From contig CASEKC010000001.1 in the NCBI GenBank assembly GCA_949288485.1, positions 7,070-71,069 on the forward strand: a stretch of DNA of 64,000 nucleotides, read 5' to 3'. This DNA is from an uncultured bacterium (lineage in GTDB: Bacteria > Bacillota_I > Bacilli_A > RFN20 > CAG-826). The notes below the pieces were generated by a model. It saw only the letters and a list, made by a program, of their open reading frames with translations. It was not told where the DNA came from and did no database searches. A program made the translations under genes and the position numbers. Positions 57,851 through 64,000 of this stretch are shown piece after piece (position 1 is the first letter of the stretch; each line of letters starts with the position of its first letter).

Positions 57851-60208
57851 ATGATTAAAATTGAACTTAGTGTACACGATTTAGTCGATTTTATTTTAAG
57901 AACCGGAAACTTTGATTCCCGTGTTTTTAATATTACGACAATGCAAGAGGGTAGTAAAATTCATAGGTCCTATCAATCTTTGCAAGGGGAAAAATACATT
58001 CCTGAATATTTTTTGAAATATGACTTTCAATATGAAAAATATATATATTCAATAAGCGGAAGATGTGATGGAGTTATTATTGGTGAAAATAATGAGATAA
58101 CTATCGATGAGATTAAATCTACGAATATTTCTCTTAATACATTTTTTAAACAAAATAAAAAATGGCATTTAGGTCAAGCCGAGGTTTATGCCTTAATGTA
58201 TTGTCTAAATGAAGAAATTTCTAATATAAATGTTCGATTAACTTATATTTCTCAACAAGATGGAACCATTCTGATTAATAACTATAAATATACTAAAAAA
58301 AGACTTTTAACAAAGGTTTTTGGCTATTTAAAAAAATATTCGCAGTTTTTGAATTGTCAAAAATCTTTTGAAGAGATAAAAATGTCTTCTTTGAAAAATA
58401 TGGAATTTCCATTTCCATTTTTTAGAAACGGACAAAAAGAAATGATTGATTTGACTTATGAATGTGTTAAAAATAAAGAAATTTACTTTTTTCAAGCGAG
58501 CACAGGCATAGGTAAAACTATTTCATTATTATTCGGTGCTTTAAAAGGATTAAGAGATGATAAATGTAAGAAAATTTTCTATTTAAGCGCGAAAAATAGT
58601 GGTTTTAATTCTATTATCAATGCAATACGATTAATTTATAATAAAGGTGTTCATTTAAAATCTATTCAAATTACATCAAGAGAAAAAATTTGTACCAATA
58701 AAAATCCTAATAAGAGATGTAACCCAGATGATTGTCCTTTTGCAAAAGATTACTATTCAAAGTTATTTGAAATAATTCTTTATTGTTTAAAAAACTATGA
58801 TATATTCGATAAAAATACAATTTTAGAAATCGCAGATAAGTTTAATGTTTGTCCATTTGAATTATCTCTCGACCTTTCTTTAAGATGTGATTTTATAATT
58901 TGTGATTACAATTATTTATATGATCCTTCAGTTTATCTGCGTAGATTTTTTGATGAACAAAACAACACAAATGATAGTTTCATTTTGGTAGATGAAGCAC
59001 ATAATTTGATAGATCGTTCAAGAAGTATGTATTCAGCTTCAATTTCTACAAAAGAAATTAAAGATTCAATGGAAGAACTTAAGAAATTAAAATCTAAAAA
59101 ATTATTTCATAATTTATTAGAAATTCTTGAAAATATTGAAAAATATACGATTAATTTTGAAAATTCTAATGTTTTTACTATTGAGGAAATTGATGAAAAT
59201 CTAATTTCTTTAATTGTAAAATTTAAAAATAATTATTTATCGTTTAAAAAGAAAGATTATTTAACAAAAACTATTTCAAGTGATGATTTATCTTTAAAAT
59301 TTAATTCTTTTTTAACAATTTTAGATTTTTACAATCCAAACAATTTTAAAATTAATGTTTATAAGATAGATGATAACGTTCAAATTTCAATAAACTGTTT
59401 AGATGCTTCGCCATATATAAAAGCTATTTCAGATAAACAAGTTTCAACCATATTTTTTAGTGCAACTTTATCACCAATAGAATATTATGAAAAACTTTTA
59501 CTTGGAGAAGAAAATTTTAAACATTTTTCATGGGAATCTCCTTTTGAAAATGAAAATTTACTAGTATTAGTAAAAAATGATATTTCAATAAAATATAAAG
59601 ATAGAGATCTGACAATGGCTAATGTTTTATATGACATATATCAATTTATAAATGTAAAGCTTGGAAATTACATTATTTTTTCCCCATCTTTTGAATATTT
59701 AAATAAATTAAAAGAACTAGTTTTAAAATCCTCATTATTTAATGAATTTTCTATCTTTTTTCAAGAAAAAAATATGAAACAAGAAGACAAAGATTCTTTT
59801 TTAGATAATTTTGTTGAAAATCCAAGTAAAACAACTTTAGCTTTTTGTGTAAACGGTGGAAGCTTTTCAGAAGGTATTGATCTTGTTGAATCAAGATTAA
59901 TCGGTGTTGTTATTATAGGAGTAGGTTTACCTTCAATTTCATATGAAAACACTCAATTAAGTGATTATTTCAATAATAATGATTTAAATGGTTTTGAATT
60001 TACTTTTGTAAATCCAGGAATTAATAAAATTATGCAATCTGTTGGTCGAGTTATAAGAAGTGAAAAAGATAGAGGAATTGCCCTATTGATTGATAAAAGA
60101 TACTCTTATAAAAATTATCGATTTTTATTTCAAGATGTATGGAAAAATTCAAAATTCATTAAATCATCGGAAGATATTGCAAAAGAAGTTGAATATTTTT
60201 ATAAATAA
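57851..60208 (+). CDS. RecB/Cas4-like PD-(D/E)XK nuclease fused to an XPD/DinG-family Fe-S (DEAH) helicase
   Basis: N-terminus: ...SGRCDGVII...IDEIKST (D/E-x-K). Helicase: Walker A ASTGIGKT, Fe-S Cys cluster C-x15-C-x4-C-x37-C, DEAH box LVDEAHNL, C-terminal helicase motifs (GVVIIGVGLP..., QSVGRVIR). Confidence 0.75.
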   Translation: MIKIELSVHDLVDFILRTGNFDSRVFNITTMQEGSKIHRSYQSLQGEKYIPEYFLKYDFQYEKYIYSISGRCDGVIIGENNEITIDEIKSTNISLNTFFKQNKKWHLGQAEVYALMYCLNEEISNINVRLTYISQQDGTILINNYKYTKKRLLTKVFGYLKKYSQFLNCQKSFEEIKMSSLKNMEFPFPFFRNGQKEMIDLTYECVKNKEIYFFQASTGIGKTISLLFGALKGLRDDKCKKIFYLSAKNSGFNSIINAIRLIYNKGVHLKSIQITSREKICTNKNPNKRCNPDDCPFAKDYYSKLFEIILYCLKNYDIFDKNTILEIADKFNVCPFELSLDLSLRCDFIICDYNYLYDPSVYLRRFFDEQNNTNDSFILVDEAHNLIDRSRSMYSASISTKEIKDSMEELKKLKSKKLFHNLLEILENIEKYTINFENSNVFTIEEIDENLISLIVKFKNNYLSFKKKDYLTKTISSDDLSLKFNSFLTILDFYNPNNFKINVYKIDDNVQISINCLDASPYIKAISDKQVSTIFFSATLSPIEYYEKLLLGEENFKHFSWESPFENENLLVLVKNDISIKYKDRDLTMANVLYDIYQFINVKLGNYIIFSPSFEYLNKLKELVLKSSLFNEFSIFFQEKNMKQEDKDSFLDNFVENPSKTTLAFCVNGGSFSEGIDLVESRLIGVVIIGVGLPSISYENTQLSDYFNNNDLNGFEFTFVNPGINKIMQSVGRVIRSEKDRGIALLIDKRYSYKNYRFLFQDVWKNSKFIKSSEDIAKEVEYFYK

Positions 60209-60237
60209 ATGTGTTTTTTGTGATATATTTATAAACT

Positions 60238-62052
60238 ATGGAATATAAAAAGGAACTTATTAGAAATTTTTCAATTATCGCACATATTGATCATGGTAAG
60301 TCAACGCTTGCTGATCGAATTTTAGAATTGACTGAAACAATTGAAAAACGTGAAATGAAAGACCAAATTCTTGATTCTATGGATTTAGAAAGAGAAAGAG
60401 GTATTACTATAAAACTCAATGCTGTAACTATTCGTTATAATTCTCTTGATGGAAATTCCTATATTTTTAATTTAATTGATACTCCTGGGCATGTCGACTT
60501 TACTTATGAAGTATCTCGCTCATTAGCAGCTTGCGAAGGAGCTGTTTTAGTTGTTGATGCTACTCAAGGAATTGAAGCCCAAACGTTAGCAAATTTATAT
60601 TTAGCTGTTGATAATGATTTAAGTATTATACCTGTTATAAACAAGATTGATTTACCATCTGCACGAATTGATTTTTGTAAAGAAGAAATTACTGAAAGAA
60701 TAGGAATTGATGGCGATAGCGCAATTCCAGTTAGTGCTAAAACTGGTGAAAATATCCGTGAAATATTAGAAAGAATTGTAAAAGATGTTCCTGCTCCTAG
60801 TGGGGATAATAATAATCCATTAAAAGCGTTAATATTTGATAGTTTTTATGATTCTTATAGAGGGGTAGTTATTTTAATAAGAATTAAAGATGGCTGCGTC
60901 CATGTTGGCGATGAAATTAAACTCATGAGAAGCGGAGCTGTTTTTAAAGTTACAGAATTAGGAATTAGAACCCCTAAAGAAGTTACTAAAGATACTTTAT
61001 ATTGTGGAGAAGTTGGATATTTATGCGCACAAATTAAAGATATTAAAGATGTAGATGTCGGCGATACTATAACAACTTTAAACAATGAAGCAAAAGAAGC
61101 TTTACCTGGTTATAGAAAAATAAATCCAATGGTTTATTGTGGTATTTATCCAACTGATTCTAGAAAATATGAAGAATTAAAGGAAGCATTAGAAAAACTT
61201 TGTTTAAGTGATTCTTCTTTACGTTTTGAACCTGAAACATCTCAAGCTTTGGGTTTTGGTTTTAGATGTGGATTTTTAGGTCTTTTGCATATGGATGTTA
61301 TTCAAGAACGTCTAGAAAGAGAATACGGTTTAGATTTAATTTTGACTGCTCCAAGCGTTATTTATAAAGTTTTTATGACTGATGGAAGCGTTATTAATCT
61401 TGATAACCCATCTAAAATGCCAGATTTAACATTGATTAATCATATCGAAGAACCTTATGTAACGGCTTCTATTATGACCCCAGAAGAGTATATTGGTCCA
61501 ATTATGCAACTTTGCCAAGATAAAAGAGGTATCTACATTGACCAACAATATTTTGATCAAACAAGAAGAGTCATCGTTTATGAAATTCCTTTAAATGAAA
61601 TAATTTATAATTTCTTTGATAAATTAAAATCATATACTAAGGGATATGCTTCCTTAGATTATGAAATGAATGAATATAAACAATCTAATTTAGCGAAAAT
61701 GGATATTTTATTAAATGGAGATGTAATTGATGCTCTTTCTTCGATTGTTTATAAACCAGATGCTTATAAAAAAGGTTTAAAATTGGTTTCTAAATTGAAA
61801 GAGGTTATTCCTCGTCAACAATTTGAAGTTCCTGTTCAAGCTGCAATAAATGGGAAAGTAATTGCTCGTTGTGATATTAAAGCTGTTAGAAAGGATGTTT
61901 TAGCTAAATGTTATGGTGGAGATATCTCAAGAAAAAGAAAACTTTTAGAAAAACAAAAAGAAGGAAAGAAGAGAATGAAAATGGTTGGAAGTGTCGAACT
62001 TCCTCAAGAAGCCTTCATGTCAATACTTAGTGTTGATGACGATAAAGATTAA
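60238..62052 (+). CDS. lepA: elongation factor 4 (LepA)
   Basis: [23 protein letters not shown], LepA-specific C-terminal domain. Confidence 0.9.
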   Translation: MEYKKELIRNFSIIAHIDHGKSTLADRILELTETIEKREMKDQILDSMDLERERGITIKLNAVTIRYNSLDGNSYIFNLIDTPGHVDFTYEVSRSLAACEGAVLVVDATQGIEAQTLANLYLAVDNDLSIIPVINKIDLPSARIDFCKEEITERIGIDGDSAIPVSAKTGENIREILERIVKDVPAPSGDNNNPLKALIFDSFYDSYRGVVILIRIKDGCVHVGDEIKLMRSGAVFKVTELGIRTPKEVTKDTLYCGEVGYLCAQIKDIKDVDVGDTITTLNNEAKEALPGYRKINPMVYCGIYPTDSRKYEELKEALEKLCLSDSSLRFEPETSQALGFGFRCGFLGLLHMDVIQERLEREYGLDLILTAPSVIYKVFMTDGSVINLDNPSKMPDLTLINHIEEPYVTASIMTPEEYIGPIMQLCQDKRGIYIDQQYFDQTRRVIVYEIPLNEIIYNFFDKLKSYTKGYASLDYEMNEYKQSNLAKMDILLNGDVIDALSSIVYKPDAYKKGLKLVSKLKEVIPRQQFEVPVQAAINGKVIARCDIKAVRKDVLAKCYGGDISRKRKLLEKQKEGKKRMKMVGSVELPQEAFMSILSVDDDKD

Positions 62053-62245
62053 ATAGTATATACATATAATATATTTAGGGATTATAGGATTTCCCACCCT
62101 TTGTATACAAGAATGCTAAAAAAATAAATTTTATTCACTTTTTCGTAAATTTTTTTATCTATTTAAATTTTTTTTAGTAGTTTTCTAGTATTTTGCCTTT
62201 ATTATTTTAGTAATTTTATATAGAATATTACTAGAGGTTTTTTAT

Positions 62246-63628
62246 ATGGCAAATTATGAATTAGCAATTAAATATAGCAATGATGTTTATGCTACAAAAA
62301 AAGAAGTCGCTGATTATATGAGAACACCTATGGTTGATAGTATTTGGCAAAATATTTTGGACTATCGTTCTCATTTTATGAAAACTACTGAATTAAAGCA
62401 TATTACAGGCGATCTTTATTCAATATGTTTAACACCTGGAATTAATGAAAAAATAAATAATATTGAAAGAAGAATGATGAGATTATATTCTCAATATATT
62501 CGTTTAATAATTAACAAAAGCGATGAAATTTTTCGCCGACTTTCTTATAAAGATATTTTAGAAGTTGTAGCTAAAAATTATAATTTAACTTTAGATGAAA
62601 TATCTTTAAATAGAATTTTAAGTAAAAATGTTGAGGCTATACCTCCTGAATTAATGGTAATTTATCATTATTATTTAGCTCTTGAATATATGAGTAAAAA
62701 TTATAGTGTTGATTTTAGTGCGGAAACTTATAAAAATTATTTAAATATTATTCAAGGTATTGATTCATCAGCATTTAGAAATAGTGAAATTACTAATATT
62801 TTATCTAAAAGTTTAATTAATAAACTTTATTTAGGAATTCCTGTTTCTTCTATTGATAAAGCAATGGAATCCTTAAATTTATTTTTAAGAAATAATACTT
62901 TTGGTATGTTTATAAAAGCTTCCTGCGTATTATATTTTACTTATTATGTAAAACCTATGGAGACTTATAGTGAGGATTTAGCTATCTTAGCTTTAAAAAA
63001 TATTTTAGCTAATAATGGATTAGATGAGTTAGCTTCCACATTTAATTTTGAAGAATTATTATCAAATAAGGAAGAATTAGAAAAACATATTTTAGAATCT
63101 CAAAAAAATTTGGATTTAACTTATGTTTTAATGTATTTAATTAATAAGACTGAACTTATATTAGATAAAGCGTTAAAATTATTAGGAAATACTAAGGCTA
63201 GCGAAATCAGTAAAGAAATGTTTGAAGAAGATGTAAAAGTTACTTCAATTATGCCTGATTTAAGCGATTTAGATGAAAAAGTAGAAGTTAGAAATAATTC
63301 ATCGAAAAATAATTATGAAGAAAGTGCCTTAAATTTAAATAAAACAATTGCTATTCAAACACTTCCTACTGGATTAAGCGAAGCCGAGGCAAAAACATTA
63401 GAAGAACATTTATTAGAAATGAATCCTAATTTATCTCATGGTCAAGCTTATTTTTATGCTCGTCATTGTACAATAGGAATGTCTTATACAATTTCTCAAT
63501 ATAAAAAAGAAGTTGGTTGTGCATATGAAACAGCTAGAAGCTCAATGGATAAATTGGTTTATTTAGGTTATTACAAAAAAGAAATTTTAAAGAATAAATT
63601 TATTTATATACCTGTTAAGAAAAAATAG
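62246..63628 (+). CDS. Fic-fold-like protein with degenerate active-site motif and C-terminal wHTH-like tail
   Basis: Segment YVKPMETYSEDLAILALKNILANNG aligns positionally with HPFxDGNGRxxRLLxNxxL but lacks the His/Asn/Arg residues; C-terminus ...GCAYETARSSMDKLVYLGYYKK wHTH-like. Confidence 0.45.
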   Translation: MANYELAIKYSNDVYATKKEVADYMRTPMVDSIWQNILDYRSHFMKTTELKHITGDLYSICLTPGINEKINNIERRMMRLYSQYIRLIINKSDEIFRRLSYKDILEVVAKNYNLTLDEISLNRILSKNVEAIPPELMVIYHYYLALEYMSKNYSVDFSAETYKNYLNIIQGIDSSAFRNSEITNILSKSLINKLYLGIPVSSIDKAMESLNLFLRNNTFGMFIKASCVLYFTYYVKPMETYSEDLAILALKNILANNGLDELASTFNFEELLSNKEELEKHILESQKNLDLTYVLMYLINKTELILDKALKLLGNTKASEISKEMFEEDVKVTSIMPDLSDLDEKVEVRNNSSKNNYEESALNLNKTIAIQTLPTGLSEAEAKTLEEHLLEMNPNLSHGQAYFYARHCTIGMSYTISQYKKEVGCAYETARSSMDKLVYLGYYKKEILKNKFIYIPVKKK

Positions 63629-63660
63629 TGTATTATTATAAATAACTTTAGGAGAAAAAA

Positions 63661-63909
63661 ATGGTATTAGATTTTCTTTCGGAAAACAATTGGATTATTT
63701 TAGTCGCAGTTATTGTTTTAGCTGTTATAATCGGGGGAATTGCATTACTTATTCATAAAATTTTAAATAAAAATAAAGTTGATGAAAAACCTACTGAAGA
63801 ACAAATAGCTTCTGAAACAATGGATCGTTATTTAGAAGATGTAAATGATGATAAGACTAAAGAAGAATTTGAAAAATACGAAAATGAAAAGGAAAAAGAA
63901 GATAAATAG
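63661..63909 (+). CDS. small single-pass membrane protein with acidic C-terminus
   Basis: 82 aa; one TM helix (IILVAVIVLAVIIGGIALLI), K/E/D-rich tail. Confidence 0.4.
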   Translation: MVLDFLSENNWIILVAVIVLAVIIGGIALLIHKILNKNKVDEKPTEEQIASETMDRYLEDVNDDKTKEEFEKYENEKEKEDK

Positions 63910-64000
63910 TTTATATATTCATATTCCTTTCTGCTCAAATATATGTCCTTATTGTGATTTTGTAAAATTAATCAAAAATGATTTATTTATAAAACAATAT
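63884..64000 (+). CDS. hemW: radical-SAM HemW/HemN-like protein, N-terminal part (runs off window end)
   Basis: MKRKKKINSLYIHIPFCSNICPYCDFVK... shows the radical-SAM CxxxCxxC box; lepA-hemW synteny. Confidence 0.5.
   Translation, partial: MKRKKKINSLYIHIPFCSNICPYCDFVKLIKNDLFIKQY

Noticed and set aside
1-64000. Prophage or transposon explanation for the island
   Set aside because: No integrase, recombinase, transposase, terminase, capsid or tail genes and no terminal inverted repeats typical of IS elements were recognisable anywhere in the window.

Overview
The window is AT-rich (roughly a quarter GC by eye), bacterial and densely coding. Long housekeeping ORFs are intact under the standard code (UGA is a stop). 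Gene order is Bacillota/Mollicutes-like, with conserved runs rimP-nusA-ylxR-infB-rbfA, ribF-rpsO-pnp, alaS-ruvX-DUF1292, comEA-comEC-holA and lepA-hemW.

Two parts:

(1) About 1-12.8 kb is a decaying accessory/defence-type island. It holds a WYL-like hypothetical protein and a GC-richer HEPN-like (DUF3644-like) ORF. It holds a frameshifted membrane/SHOCT gene and a NERD-plus-zinc-ribbon pseudogene. It holds a translationally coupled DUF262 / DUF262-DUF1524 (GmrSD-like type IV restriction) pair. It holds a nuclease-like pseudogene and a GC-rich structured RNA-like element ending in a strong terminator. It holds a metallophosphoesterase (with a degraded inverted paralog about 7 kb away), a DUF4143-ATPase pseudogene, a RelB/DinJ-Doc toxin-antitoxin pair with a frameshifted Doc, and a small alarmone hydrolase (HD) plus HTH gene pair. 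A roughly 40-60 bp palindromic repeat occurs three times and delimits the last modules.

(2) About 12.8-64 kb is core genome: glpQ-like, cysK/cysE, esterase, a glycerate-kinase::hypoxanthine-DNA-glycosylase fusion, mtnN, NUDIX, the nusA/infB operon with an attenuator-like leader, ttcA-like, ribF, rpsO, two ABC exporters, pnp, an RNase J paralog that has lost its metal ligands, ftsK, acpS, pullulanase, plsC, rsmF-like, pdp, rarA, dtd, mnmA, a T-box leader upstream of alaS, ruvX, greA, comEA/comEC, holA, rpsT, fmt, a RecB-like-nuclease::XPD/DinG FeS-helicase fusion, lepA, a degenerate Fic-like protein and a partial hemW.

No rRNA, tRNA, CRISPR array, transposase or integrase was recognised.
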